Positions 10,176 through 20,571 of a stretch of 64,000 nt of DNA are shown here, piece by piece. Position numbers and translations under genes: made by a program. The stretch spans positions 681,385 through 745,384 of the forward strand of contig JBAZSB010000001.1 in NCBI GenBank assembly GCA_041662625.1, written 5' to 3'. The notes under the pieces were generated by a model. It made no database searches. It had not been told where the DNA came from and saw only the letters and a program-made list of their open reading frames with translations. Source of the stretch: Patescibacteria group bacterium (GTDB lineage: Bacteria; Patescibacteriota; Patescibacteriia; Buchananbacterales; UBA6539). Within the stretch, counting starts at the first letter, position 1, and every line of letters starts with the position of its first letter.

Positions 10176-10451
10176 TTATTCTATCACTGCCAAAACATCC
10201 TCATCCGACAAAATCTTGTATTCAACTTCTTCGACCTTAACTTCTTCACCAGCGTATTTGCCAAAAATTACTTTGTCGCCGACCTTCAAACCTAACTTAG
10301 TGATTTTTTCACCGCTGCCGATAGCCAAAATTTTGCCTTCAGCTTTTTTTTCTTTATCAACAGTATCGGGTAAAATAATACCCGATTTGGTAGTTTCTTC
10401 CTCGGTCAGAGGTTGAACGACGACGCGATTGCCTAATGGTTTAAGTTTCAT
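10176..10451 (-). CDS. groS: co-chaperonin GroES (10 kDa)
   Basis: 91 aa; MKLKPLGNRVVVQPLTEEETTKSGIILPDT...; immediately upstream of groL. Confidence 0.9.
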   Translation of the reverse strand: MKLKPLGNRVVVQPLTEEETTKSGIILPDTVDKEKKAEGKILAIGSGEKITKLGLKVGDKVIFGKYAGEEVKVEEVEYKILSDEDVLAVIE

Positions 10452-10548
10452 ATTTTTTGCTAAATTATTAATTATTTAGGACCTAATTAGCACTCTTAAT
10501 ATTAGAGTGCTAACTGTATATATAGGTTAAATTATTTTATAAAAGCTG

Positions 10549-11925
10549 TCAAGAGGTATTAAGGTCTTTATTTCTGAAATTCAACTGCCGTAAATTAAGG
10601 CCTAAAATTAGCCAAAAAATCATCACCCCAAAATAAAACGTCCAGAAATAATGGTCAAACAAACTGATGATTAAAACCGAAATTAGGCAAAGAAAAACAA
10701 TTACTTTTTCTAAATGCTGGGGTGATTGGTCAATTACAATTTTTGTTTTGATTAAATTCCAAAATAATAAACCTAAAATCAAAATAAAAAGTAAGGCGCC
10801 AAGAATTCCTAGTTCGGCTAAAACCAATAAATAAATATTATGAACGGGTTGATAATAATAACCCGGCCAAGAACTATTAACTATTTGGTAGACGCCCAAA
10901 GTGTAATCACCAATTCCTGTCCCCTGCCAAGGATTGGTTTTAATTATTTCCCAAGCCTGCTTGGTAAAAGCAACCCGTAAATAAATTGAAGCAACTTCCA
11001 AATCTTGTTCACCACTAATTCTGGTCAGCAACGGCTGCCAAAGACTTGAACCTAAAACACTATAAATTATCAGGGTGAGGAGCAAAATTTTAAAAAAAGT
11101 GTTTCGCCAAAGATAATAACGGTGATAAACCAACCAAAAAGTTAAAATAGTTAAACTAAAAATTAAAGCCACCCACCCCGAGCGGGAAAAACTGAAAAAT
11201 AAAGCCGGCATAATAGCGATGAGACTAACTAAAACAAAGATTCGTTGGCCTTGTTTTTTGGCAATCAAAGCTAAATAAAGTAAAAGCAATATGCCAACCA
11301 CCAAAAACCCCGCTAAAATATTAGGATGGGGTAAGCTCCCATAAGCCCTAAGCCACCGTTCACTGTTAGTCTGTAGAATAATTGCTCCGCCCAAAGTGGA
11401 GAAATGTTCGGCCAGACCTAACCATTTATTTGCAAAAACATACTGGGTAAAAAACTGCCAAATGGCAAAAATACCCTGTATGGCAGCTGAACTGACCCAG
11501 ACCACAGCAATTTTTTCCAGTTTAAAACCAAAAACTAAGACTAGTGAAAGCAAAGCCATGGCTTCAAGTAGCGTAAACCACCGGATGTAGGCCAGCTGAG
11601 CATCAAGTGACCAAATTATTGAAACTCCGGCCAGTCCCAAAAATAAAACTAAAAGCCAATAGATTGAAACTGCGGGCTTCGTTAAACGAATTAAGATTTT
11701 ATCAAATTCGAATTTTGGTAAATGACGATTTTTGATCAACCAAAAACCATAAAGTAATAAAATCAGCCATAATAAAATTTCTGTCCCATAAAGACTAAAG
11801 CGTCCATATTCCCAAACAAAACCATTCAAATAAGTCTCATGCCAGATTAATCTAGTCTGCCAGGGTAGTAAAAATAAAAAGAGGTAAAAACCAAATTCAA
11901 TTATCTTTTTTAGTTTGTCCATCAA
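10549..11925 (-). CDS. O-antigen ligase / Wzy_C-family polytopic membrane protein
   Basis: 458 aa, at least 10 TM; periplasmic loop ...YGSLPHPNILAGFL... matches the O-antigen ligase HPN-x-L motif. Confidence 0.55.
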   Translation of the reverse strand: MMDKLKKIIEFGFYLFLFLLPWQTRLIWHETYLNGFVWEYGRFSLYGTEILLWLILLLYGFWLIKNRHLPKFEFDKILIRLTKPAVSIYWLLVLFLGLAGVSIIWSLDAQLAYIRWFTLLEAMALLSLVLVFGFKLEKIAVVWVSSAAIQGIFAIWQFFTQYVFANKWLGLAEHFSTLGGAIILQTNSERWLRAYGSLPHPNILAGFLVVGILLLLYLALIAKKQGQRIFVLVSLIAIMPALFFSFSRSGWVALIFSLTILTFWLVYHRYYLWRNTFFKILLLTLIIYSVLGSSLWQPLLTRISGEQDLEVASIYLRVAFTKQAWEIIKTNPWQGTGIGDYTLGVYQIVNSSWPGYYYQPVHNIYLLVLAELGILGALLFILILGLLFWNLIKTKIVIDQSPQHLEKVIVFLCLISVLIISLFDHYFWTFYFGVMIFWLILGLNLRQLNFRNKDLNTS

Positions 11926-12532
11926 TTCTTTGGATAAATTTAGGTCGTTCCAGATAAAAATGAATAACCACCGTGGCTAAAATTGCCCCGATTGTATTAA
12001 AAAGTAGGTCTAAGGCATTATTAAAATAACCACCAACTTTTTCCGCCACCCCAAAAGCAACAACCGCAAATAGCTCAACTAATTCATTTATTGCCCCTAA
12101 ACCAATAGCCATTAAAACCAAAATTAAAGCAAAAATCGGATAGTTCTGACGGATTCGCTCATCAACAAAATCAAACAATAAACTATAAAGAGTCAAAGTG
12201 GCAATAAAGGTGGCATAGGTATGAATAAAATTATCATAACGGATTATTCCCGAAATCAGATAAAAATCATACAATCTAACAGAGCCCAAATAAAAATTTC
12301 CGCCTAAAAGATGCAAAAAACCTAAAATTGATAAATTAAACAAAATAAAAAATCCTAAATGCAATTTTTTAGTCAAAGTGATCACTAAATAAATTATTAC
12401 TACCATTAAAACGGTGTAATACAAAAATTCAAAATTAGCCCAAATGATGGCATTAACTGTGAAAGCAATCAAATAAGCAACGGTGAAAATTAAAATTAAA
12501 TAATTTTTCCTTTGAAATAAAAAATCAATCAT
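11897..12532 (-). CDS. hypothetical polytopic membrane protein
   Basis: 211 aa, about 6 TM helices; overlaps neighbours by a few codons (operon-like). Confidence 0.4.
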   Translation of the reverse strand: MIDFLFQRKNYLILIFTVAYLIAFTVNAIIWANFEFLYYTVLMVVIIYLVITLTKKLHLGFFILFNLSILGFLHLLGGNFYLGSVRLYDFYLISGIIRYDNFIHTYATFIATLTLYSLLFDFVDERIRQNYPIFALILVLMAIGLGAINELVELFAVVAFGVAEKVGGYFNNALDLLFNTIGAILATVVIHFYLERPKFIQRIDGQTKKDN

Positions 12533-13494
12533 AAAATTCCTAAACTATTTAATCTGGCCTGCCATAAATCGTGATAATATTGCCGCCGATCAGTTTTATG
12601 AAATTTTAACATCGAAGAACTAATAACAACATTGGTATTGGGCTCATTGGCAACTTCGCCAAAATAGTGCTTGATTTTTTTGACTTGAACCACTTGCGCT
12701 AATTTCTCTAACCAATTGCCAAAAGAACCGGCTAAAACAGCTCCATCAAAATTTTTCGAAAATTTAATATAGCGATTGTCTTTAATTCGCCGCCGATTAT
12801 TCAAATTTATTAAATAGAAATTAGGCAAATAATCTGTCAGCCAACTGTTGGCCGCAATTAACTCTGAATAAACCGCTGAATCGTCATAGATCGGAGTCAG
12901 GGTCGCAAACCAATAAATTAAATAGGAATCAAGTGGTTTAATCGCAATATCGGATAAATTAAGGTGATCACTAGCAACATAAAAACTGAGACAGATTCCA
13001 TCAATTATTCTTTTATCATGGCGCCTGACCCGTAAAAGCGTGGCGGTTAACGTAATCACTAATCTTGACCACCAAAGCCGGCCTTTTTGAACCACGATAA
13101 AAAAATCAATGTCGCTTTCTTTAGTCCCATTATTATAACCAACGTTATTGCAAATGGCGATCATTTTAACAAAAACTAAATGGCGCAGCCACCAAACAGT
13201 TTTTAGAGCAATTTTGAACTTTTTTTCGGCAATTTGATAACGCTCAAGGCGGGTTTGAATAGTTGATTCCCGACCGACCAAAAAATAAAAACCGAATTTT
13301 ACCTCAACTTTTGCTTTTAACTCATCCCCAGATAAAGCCTGACTGATTTCGAAAAGTGAATAAGGCCGGCTTGGCTGATAAAGCCACTTATAAATTTCCA
13401 CCAAAGTTAAGGGATAATCAAAAATATCAAAATAAGCCACCGTCCTGATAATGGCTTTTTCTAAATCGCTATACTCATCATTTCTCAAGTCCAT
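12529..13494 (-). CDS. hypothetical protein, possible nucleotidyltransferase-fold
   Basis: 321 aa; ...GTKESDIDFFIVV... resembles the GS-x(n)-DxD pol-beta nucleotidyltransferase motif; no firm family assignment. Confidence 0.3.
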   Translation of the reverse strand: MDLRNDEYSDLEKAIIRTVAYFDIFDYPLTLVEIYKWLYQPSRPYSLFEISQALSGDELKAKVEVKFGFYFLVGRESTIQTRLERYQIAEKKFKIALKTVWWLRHLVFVKMIAICNNVGYNNGTKESDIDFFIVVQKGRLWWSRLVITLTATLLRVRRHDKRIIDGICLSFYVASDHLNLSDIAIKPLDSYLIYWFATLTPIYDDSAVYSELIAANSWLTDYLPNFYLINLNNRRRIKDNRYIKFSKNFDGAVLAGSFGNWLEKLAQVVQVKKIKHYFGEVANEPNTNVVISSSMLKFHKTDRRQYYHDLWQARLNSLGIL

Positions 13495-13533
13495 AGAGAG
13501 AGTTGCTAATTTTTTATAGCAAAAACCAAGGCT

Positions 13534-14583
13534 TTACTCATCATCCTTCGGTTTTTCAATTTGGAGAGGGTCAATCTTACTTTCACCACCAGCAATCCGG
13601 ACAATATCTTTATCAATTTTCTTAAACTCCTTAGAGGCTAAATTATACATCCCAACAGTGGTGCCAAGGTGATTACCAAGTTTCTGATGATAATCTTCAT
13701 AAGCCTTAAGATGATTCTGCAACTTACCGATATTTTTGAGAATTTCCTTCGTTTGCTCTTGAATCTGAAAAGCTTTCAAACCCTGCCAAAGCGACTGCAA
13801 AGTAACATAGAAAGTAGTTGGAGAAACAATATGGACTTTTTTTTGATTAATGGCATAATCAATCAAATCCCGAGTATTAACCTTTATCGCTCCGACCTTA
13901 TTAACCAACAAATCATAAAATATTCCCTCAGCCGGGATAAACATAAAAGCAAAATCCATTGTCCCCTCTTCGGGACGGATATATTTAGCGGTTTCATCAA
14001 TTCTTTTCTTTAAATCATTTTTAAAAGTATTTTCTAATTGTTCATGACGAACAGGATCAGACTCTTCCACAATCCGATTATAATTTTCCAAAGAAAATTT
14101 GGAGTCAATCGGCAAAATTTTCTCGGCCAAGAAAATCACCGCATCAACTATTTCCCCGTCTTTAAATTTATATTGCATTTGATATTGTTGCGGCTGAAAA
14201 GCATTACGAAGTAACATTTCTAATTGATACTCACCAAAAACTCCCCGCTGCTTTGGATTTTTTAAAATATCCTGAAGCCGCTGCAATTGATCGGCAAAGT
14301 TGACTACTTGACGGTTGGTCTCATCTAGTTTAGTTAACCTTTCGGTTACCTCCCGAATAATTTGGGCGCTCTGGCCAAACTGCTGCTGCATAATCTGAGT
14401 TGATTGGCCCAATTTGTTATCTAAAGTTTTATTAACTTCATTAATCTGATTTTGTAACATTAACATTGATTGATCATCTTTTGGCTTAACTGCCAACGCT
14501 TTCATTCTTTTGTCCAAAAAAAAGATAACCGCACCAAAACCAGCAATGATTATGACAACAATAATGATTAATAAAAATTCCAT
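13534..14583 (-). CDS. rmuC: DNA recombination protein RmuC-family
   Basis: 349 aa; N-terminal TM, coiled coil, then ...DAVIFLAEKILPIDSKFSLENY... and ...FAFMFIPAEGIFYDLL... typical of the RmuC domain. Confidence 0.65.
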   Translation of the reverse strand: MEFLLIIIVVIIIAGFGAVIFFLDKRMKALAVKPKDDQSMLMLQNQINEVNKTLDNKLGQSTQIMQQQFGQSAQIIREVTERLTKLDETNRQVVNFADQLQRLQDILKNPKQRGVFGEYQLEMLLRNAFQPQQYQMQYKFKDGEIVDAVIFLAEKILPIDSKFSLENYNRIVEESDPVRHEQLENTFKNDLKKRIDETAKYIRPEEGTMDFAFMFIPAEGIFYDLLVNKVGAIKVNTRDLIDYAINQKKVHIVSPTTFYVTLQSLWQGLKAFQIQEQTKEILKNIGKLQNHLKAYEDYHQKLGNHLGTTVGMYNLASKEFKKIDKDIVRIAGGESKIDPLQIEKPKDDE

Positions 14584-14798
14584 TTTTTCCGTGTTAAATT
14601 TTGAGTTTTAAGTTCTAAATTTGATTTTCAACCTAATAACCTGAAACTTAATTACTTTTTTAATTTACCATATTTGCCGGCTTAAATCAATTGACACTAG
14701 TGGGCTTTCGTGGTATTTTTTAAACTGTTACAAATTAAGCTATCAACTATATTAAAGCCAATTTTAAAAACATTTTAGTTAAGCTTTTAGTTGTCGGT

Positions 14799-16076
14799 TT
14801 GAATAGCTTAGCCTATCTCAAAAAACACTCGCCCAAACTAACGAAATGGTTAGCGAAACCATTAGGAAGAATTGGGCGGTTTTTGCTATGGATTTTAGTT
14901 TTACCAATTTATAAAGTTTATTTGATTATTAAAAAACTAGTCAATAAATTTTATGCTCCCCAAAAAAGCCGCCATAAATTTATCCATCCTTTTTCCCGGC
15001 GTTATTTGACGCACTTAATTATTATCGTGATTTCAATCCTAACGGTAAGCGCTAATCTTAATGCTTATGAAGCGCACCGCGAAGAATTCGGCCAAACTAG
15101 CATTATTTCTGCTCTAGTCACCAATGAAGACTTGGGAACCCTGGAAGAGGAAGGACCAATTAGCAATAATAAAAAAGTCACTCACTATCTGGGCCAAACT
15201 GGTGTAGCGGCTCAGCTTCAGGTTACAGCTGGACAGGAAAATGAAGAGATTGGCCATTCCACCGTGGCAGGCGACAGCGCCATTGTCCGGCCGATTCTTT
15301 CACCAGTTGAAGAAGAATTAAGGCAGCGGGATGAAATTACTTATTATACCGTCCAAAATGGTGATACGATCTCGGAGATTGCGGAAAAATTTGGTGTTAC
15401 CAGTAACACTATTTTATGGGAAAATAATTTAAGTGCTTATAGTGTTATTCGGCCAGGCGACAAATTGACAATTTTACCGACGGCCGGTATCAGACATAAG
15501 GTTGTCAAAGGTGAAACTTTAGCTCAGATTGCCAAAAAATATAAAGTTGAAGCCGACCAAATTCTTGAATTTAATAAAATTGCTTCCGCTGATGATATTT
15601 TAATTGGTGAACAGATAATGATTCCGGGCGGCCAAAAGCCTTATGTCGCTCCAACTTATACTTTCCGCAATTTATATCAGCCGGCACCGAGCGGACCTAA
15701 AGTAGTGGCAACTGGTAAAATGTTTTGGCCAACCAATTGCCACCGAATTACCCAGTACTTCCGTTGGGGTCATTCCGCCCTTGATATCGCTTGCAGCTCA
15801 GGCCAACCAATTTATGCCGCTGATTCAGGCCAAATTATTGAAGCCCAGAGTGGTTGGAATGGCGGTTATGGTAATGTAATAATGATTGACCATGGCAGTA
15901 GTATCCAAACCGTCTATGGCCATCTAAGCAAATTCTACGTTAAAGTCGGGGAAAGCGTTGAAAAAGGTCAAATGATTGGGGCGATGGGTTCAACTGGCCG
16001 CTCAACTGGCCCTCATATTCATTTTGAGGTTAGAGTCAGTGGTGCAAGGAAAAACCCGCTGTATTACGTGAAATAA
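14799..16076 (+). CDS. LysM-domain M23 family peptidoglycan endopeptidase
   Basis: 425 aa; two LysM repeats (YTVQNGDTISEIAEKFGV; VVKGETLAQIAKKYKV) and a C-terminal M23 motif HxxxD...HxH (...GYGNVIMIDHG...GPHIHFEV...). Confidence 0.85.
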   Translation: MNSLAYLKKHSPKLTKWLAKPLGRIGRFLLWILVLPIYKVYLIIKKLVNKFYAPQKSRHKFIHPFSRRYLTHLIIIVISILTVSANLNAYEAHREEFGQTSIISALVTNEDLGTLEEEGPISNNKKVTHYLGQTGVAAQLQVTAGQENEEIGHSTVAGDSAIVRPILSPVEEELRQRDEITYYTVQNGDTISEIAEKFGVTSNTILWENNLSAYSVIRPGDKLTILPTAGIRHKVVKGETLAQIAKKYKVEADQILEFNKIASADDILIGEQIMIPGGQKPYVAPTYTFRNLYQPAPSGPKVVATGKMFWPTNCHRITQYFRWGHSALDIACSSGQPIYAADSGQIIEAQSGWNGGYGNVIMIDHGSSIQTVYGHLSKFYVKVGESVEKGQMIGAMGSTGRSTGPHIHFEVRVSGARKNPLYYVK

Positions 16077-16134
16077 AAAAAATTTCAGTTTGGTCTCCAA
16101 AATTTGATTTGGGATCTCTGAAATTTTTTTTATT

Positions 16135-16509
16135 TTATGCTTTGATTCCTAAAATCTGATTAATTTTTTCAACAACAGCACTAATTGGAATGTTTGATTT
16201 AACCAAATAACCCACCGCACCAAGTTTTTTTCCACGGGTGATATCTTCTTCCTGACCTAAGTTGGAAAGGACAACAACGGGAATTTTTTTTAACTTTTCA
16301 TCTTTCTTTAATTCAGCTAAGACCTCGAAACCATCTTTTTTAGGCATAATTAAATCCAATAAAATTATATCGGGTTTTTCTGTCTTAACTTTTTGCATCA
16401 CCTCTTCGCCATCATTGGCTAACATTACCTCAAACCCTGATTTTTTTAATTTTGCCGAATAAGCTTTGCTTAAAAATTGATCATCTTCGGCAACTAAAAC
16501 TTTTGCCAT
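16135..16509 (-). CDS. single-domain response regulator (CheY-like receiver)
   Basis: 124 aa; DD...D...K receiver pattern (AEDD, LLDLIMP, ...VVLSNL...K). Confidence 0.8.
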   Translation of the reverse strand: MAKVLVAEDDQFLSKAYSAKLKKSGFEVMLANDGEEVMQKVKTEKPDIILLDLIMPKKDGFEVLAELKKDEKLKKIPVVVLSNLGQEEDITRGKKLGAVGYLVKSNIPISAVVEKINQILGIKA

Positions 16510-16511
16510 AG

Positions 16512-16883
16512 TTATTCTCCTTTCAAAACTTGATTGATTTTATTAATTATTTCTTCCAAAGAATAGCTAGCCTTAATTAGATAATCATGACTCCCTGATT
16601 TCAGCGCTTCGCTTAATTTTTCTTCATTACTAAGGTTAGTTAAAACTATTACTGGCGTGTCACTAGTTTTTCTCAACTCTTTAAGCATCGTTATCCCATC
16701 CATTATTGGCATTATAAGATCAAGCAAAATCAAATCTGGTTTGGTAGTTTTAACTTTTTCTAAACCTTCCTGGCCGTTATAGGCTAAAACTGGGTCAAAC
16801 CCAACTGCACTTAGTTTTTGGCTCAAAACTTCAACCAAAGACCGATCATCATCAATAATCAAAATTTTTTTCTTTTTTGTCAT
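16512..16883 (-). CDS. single-domain response regulator (CheY-like receiver)
   Basis: 123 aa; ILIIDDD...LILLDLIMP...VIVLTNL receiver motifs; no output domain. Confidence 0.8.
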   Translation of the reverse strand: MTKKKKILIIDDDRSLVEVLSQKLSAVGFDPVLAYNGQEGLEKVKTTKPDLILLDLIMPIMDGITMLKELRKTSDTPVIVLTNLSNEEKLSEALKSGSHDYLIKASYSLEEIINKINQVLKGE

Positions 16884-16898
16884 ATAATTTAAATTAAT

Positions 16899-19370
16899 TT
16901 ACGCGACGGCTTCTAAACTTTTTTCACCTTTAACTCTTTTACTGCCAATTAAAGGCAAAGTAAACCAAAAGGTTGAACCTTTATTTTCCACTGAAGAAAA
17001 ACCAATTTTGCCACCCGAAGCTTCAACCACCGCCTTGGCAACATAAAGCCCAAGTCCGGTGCCTTCAACATCAGTTGACGCTACATTATCCGCCCGGAAA
17101 AACTTTTGGAATATCTGACTTTGCTGTTTTTTAGGAATCCCCAAACCAGTATCTTTCACTGAAAAAACAACTTCTTTGCCTTTGACTTCTATCTTAAAAT
17201 CAATTTGGCCTTTGCTTTTGGTGTATTTGATAGCATTAGAAATTAAATTAGCAATCACCTGATTAATCAGCTTGGGATCGATTTTGATTTTAGGTAAACC
17301 CTTTGGTTTAGAAAACTTAAAATTCAAATTATGAGCTTTAATCGTCGACTTTTGTTCATTAATCACTATTTCACTTAATTTAACCAGATCAGTCGGTTCA
17401 GGCTCAAGCGCCATCCGACCACTTTCGATCCGCGAGACATTAAGTAAACCATTAACTAATTTAATCATCCGCTCATTACTATCAAAAGCCTGCTGCAAAA
17501 AATCTTTTTGTTCTTCGGTAATTTTACCGGTATCCCCGCCTAAAACCATTTCCAAAAACCATTTGATCGCTGAAAGCGGCGTCCGTAATTGGTGTGAGGC
17601 AAGTGAAACAAATTCTGTTTTCATTTTATCAATTTCTCGTTCTTTAGTCACATCTCTGAACACCACCACACAACCAATAGCCTTGCCATTTTTATCCTTC
17701 AAAGGCGCAGCGGAATCAGCTACAGCTAATTTGGTCTTATCTTTTCTGATTAAAACTGTATGATTGGCCATATCTTTGATTCTGCCGGTTCTTATCGCAT
17801 CTTTAATAAACTGATCATTAACTTGTCCGTCTTTTTCAAAAACAAATTTTAAAATTTGATCATACTTTTTACCAATAGCTTCTTTAGTGCTATAACCAGA
17901 AAATTTGGCAGCGATTTCATTATACATAATAATTTCCAAATTTGTATTAACGACGAATACACCATCACCGATACTATGCAAGATGGCATCAATCTTTTCT
18001 TTTTCTAAAGAAACTTTTCCTTTTTCTTCTTCTACATCTTCCAAAATATTCAGGGTTGCCTTTTGCTGATTTTCTAAATCTTTTTGTTTTGTGATAATTT
18101 CCTTAGTTTGTTCTTCAACTTTTTGGTCAACTTCCGCCCGTGACTTCTTTATAGCTAAAACCATTCGATCAAAAGCCCGAGAAAAATCACCAATTTCATC
18201 TTTACCTTTAGTGCCAACTCGATAATCCAAATTACCTTTCTCAATAATTTCTACTCCTCGACGTAGTTTCTTAATTGGCCTAACTAAAGAATTAGCCACA
18301 AATAAACCAATAAAAATAACTATAAACACTGCAATCACAACTGAAAAAGCACTAGCCTGGGTTAATTCATTTAAAGGAGCTAAAACTTCCTTGGTTTCCT
18401 TACTAATAACTAGATACCACCCTAAACCATTAAAATCCCGGTAACCGCCAGCTTGAGCATAATTGAATAATTTTTCCGCTTCCCCCTCTTGGTCAATAAA
18501 AAATGCCATGCGATTTTTTGCCGCCGACTGTAAGCTGCTTAATAGATAGCTCTTATCACTTAAGCTGCCAAAACCGTCCTTGAGGGAATAAATTAAGTTT
18601 CCCTCTTTAGTTAATAAATAAACCTCTAGAGTTTCGCGAGGGATATTGAGATTATAAATTCTTTTTATCCCCTCTGGTTCTTTAATTTCCTTGATAACAT
18701 CAAAAATGTCTTCTACATTATAAATCACCTTTGTTACCCCTAAAAAATTACCATTTTGATCATCAACCCTGATACAGAGTTCCAAAGCATAAATGCCGCT
18801 ACTATCATCATAAATAATATCACTAGTCCATAACCTTTCCGCTTTGGTTTTCTGCCACCATTCTTCGTCAGCTTGATAATAATCAGTTGTCTTTCTGGTT
18901 TGGGCAACATTAACGCCATACTTATTGGTCACGATAATTTCTGGAAAAATATCATAACCATATTTATTTTGATAAAATTCTGTCCTGAGGCGCAAACTTT
19001 CTGACAATGAATTATCAATAATTGACCGCATAAAGGGAGTAATTTCATCTTTTTCCGTCTTTTGCCAAAGATCACCTTGATTTTTAATATAAGCTTCCCG
19101 ATTTTCTAAAACATCAAATTCCTGATTTGAAACGTTCAAAGAATCAATAAGATCTTTATTGCTTTTAGTATAAGACTCCCAGCGCTCCAGGCGACGATAT
19201 ATGCTCCTATCTATCGAACCAATATTGGCTTCTGCTAAAAGCGCATTGTAATTACCAATAGTAGTAATTAAAATATTCTTTGCCAGAAAATAAGTGACAA
19301 AAAATCCAATCGCTCCGCCAATAAACGATAGGGTGATAAAAATTAAAATTATTTTTGGCCTGATTCTCAT
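16899..19370 (-). CDS. sensor histidine kinase (Cache-like periplasmic domain, HAMP, PAS, HisKA, HATPase)
   Basis: 823 aa; two TM segments flanking about 300 aa extracytoplasmic domain; HAMP (...RPIKKLRRGVEIIEKGNLDYRV...); PAS (...DAILHSIGDGVFVV...); H-box FVSLASHQLRTPLSAI; G-boxes DTGLGIP...GTGLGL. Confidence 0.85.
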   Translation of the reverse strand: MRIRPKIILIFITLSFIGGAIGFFVTYFLAKNILITTIGNYNALLAEANIGSIDRSIYRRLERWESYTKSNKDLIDSLNVSNQEFDVLENREAYIKNQGDLWQKTEKDEITPFMRSIIDNSLSESLRLRTEFYQNKYGYDIFPEIIVTNKYGVNVAQTRKTTDYYQADEEWWQKTKAERLWTSDIIYDDSSGIYALELCIRVDDQNGNFLGVTKVIYNVEDIFDVIKEIKEPEGIKRIYNLNIPRETLEVYLLTKEGNLIYSLKDGFGSLSDKSYLLSSLQSAAKNRMAFFIDQEGEAEKLFNYAQAGGYRDFNGLGWYLVISKETKEVLAPLNELTQASAFSVVIAVFIVIFIGLFVANSLVRPIKKLRRGVEIIEKGNLDYRVGTKGKDEIGDFSRAFDRMVLAIKKSRAEVDQKVEEQTKEIITKQKDLENQQKATLNILEDVEEEKGKVSLEKEKIDAILHSIGDGVFVVNTNLEIIMYNEIAAKFSGYSTKEAIGKKYDQILKFVFEKDGQVNDQFIKDAIRTGRIKDMANHTVLIRKDKTKLAVADSAAPLKDKNGKAIGCVVVFRDVTKEREIDKMKTEFVSLASHQLRTPLSAIKWFLEMVLGGDTGKITEEQKDFLQQAFDSNERMIKLVNGLLNVSRIESGRMALEPEPTDLVKLSEIVINEQKSTIKAHNLNFKFSKPKGLPKIKIDPKLINQVIANLISNAIKYTKSKGQIDFKIEVKGKEVVFSVKDTGLGIPKKQQSQIFQKFFRADNVASTDVEGTGLGLYVAKAVVEASGGKIGFSSVENKGSTFWFTLPLIGSKRVKGEKSLEAVA

Positions 19371-19426
19371 TCTTTTCTTTTAATTTCTTAGTAATTCTTT
19401 GGTAATGTAAACTTAAAATTTATTAA

Positions 19427-19621
19427 CTATTCTACCAATCTTTGAAGTTCTTTGGTAATTTCCATATGACGAATTTCATCATCTCTTATACTGCTGATTA
19501 TTTCAATTTCTTTCTTATCTTTAAGAATTCTTAAATACTCATCATAAATTTCCTTGGCTTGTTTCTCCAAGCAGTACAGATCTTTAAACATTTTAATTAA
19601 AACTTTATCGTCTTTTGCCAT
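19427..19621 (-). CDS. small hypothetical helical protein (ExxH motif)
   Basis: 64 aa; ...DDEIRHMEITKE...; sits between the PAS protein gene and the kinase in the same orientation. Confidence 0.3.
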   Translation of the reverse strand: MAKDDKVLIKMFKDLYCLEKQAKEIYDEYLRILKDKKEIEIISSIRDDEIRHMEITKELQRLVE

Positions 19622-20384
19622 TTTCGTAGCTAATTAATTCTTTTAATTTATCTTCATGTTTAGTACTATCATTAATGAGCAACCGAAGTAATTTTTTTAT
19701 TTTCCTTTTCCGTAGAATTCCTAAATTAAAATCTTCAATTTGCCCTAAATAATTACTCCCCAAACTTTTGATTACACTTTCTTCCAAATCCACTGCTTCT
19801 TGAAATTTTTGCGCCCAGCTGGATTTTGATGCCACAACTGATTTCCCCGCTTCTAATTGCTTAATTCTTTCTTTTAACTCAACCATCTTCAATTCCCGAC
19901 CAACCATTAATTTGTTCAATCTTTCCAGATCATTAATTTTTTCTTTCAAGGCTTGCTCCGCCTTTTTTTGCTCGGTAATATCTCTAACTGTTGCCTGCAA
20001 AATATCTCTGCCATCTAGAATCATTTTGGTTAAAGAAACTACGGCTGGAAATTCATTGCCTTTATATTTTTTATGAACCCACTCAAAATAATTACTGCCT
20101 TCCTCGAACGCTTTCTCAATCATTTTTTTGGCTTTTTCGGTTGATAACTGACCATCAGGCTGATATTTGGGTGACAAATCTCCTGGTCCCAAAGAGATAA
20201 ATTGTTTTTCATCTTTGACACCAAACATTCTAATCGTCGCCGGATTGCCCGAGGCAAAAGACCAATTAGGCGGCTCTAAAACCATAACGGCATCCAATGA
20301 ACCTTCAAGTAGAATTCGAGATCTTTTTTCGCTGGCCTTAATTTCTGCTGCGGTTATTTGATGATTTTGTTTTCTAATTAGCAT
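19605..20384 (-). CDS. PAS-domain protein with C-terminal coiled coil
   Basis: 259 aa; ...ILLEGSLDAVMVLEPPNWSFASGNPATIRMFG... PAS-like; followed by heptad-rich region. Confidence 0.6.
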   Translation of the reverse strand: MLIRKQNHQITAAEIKASEKRSRILLEGSLDAVMVLEPPNWSFASGNPATIRMFGVKDEKQFISLGPGDLSPKYQPDGQLSTEKAKKMIEKAFEEGSNYFEWVHKKYKGNEFPAVVSLTKMILDGRDILQATVRDITEQKKAEQALKEKINDLERLNKLMVGRELKMVELKERIKQLEAGKSVVASKSSWAQKFQEAVDLEESVIKSLGSNYLGQIEDFNLGILRKRKIKKLLRLLINDSTKHEDKLKELISYENGKRR

Positions 20385-20517
20385 AATCTAACCTTAATAA
20401 AAAAATCCCCCCTAAATTAATTTAAGCGAGTAAAATTTGATGAATGATAAAGGCATAATTCTGTTTTATATCTTTATATTATAACATATTTCGCCTAATT
20501 GTCACAAATTACAAAAG

Positions 20518-20550
20518 CCGAGGCACCAATACCTCAGCTTTGCTAAGTGA
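20518..20550 (-). terminator. hairpin terminator after trx-ccdA fusion gene
   Basis: Minus-strand AAAGCTGAGG-N9-CCTCGGCTTT followed by a T-run. Confidence 0.5.
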
Positions 20551-20571
20551 TATATTTACATACTACAAAAA

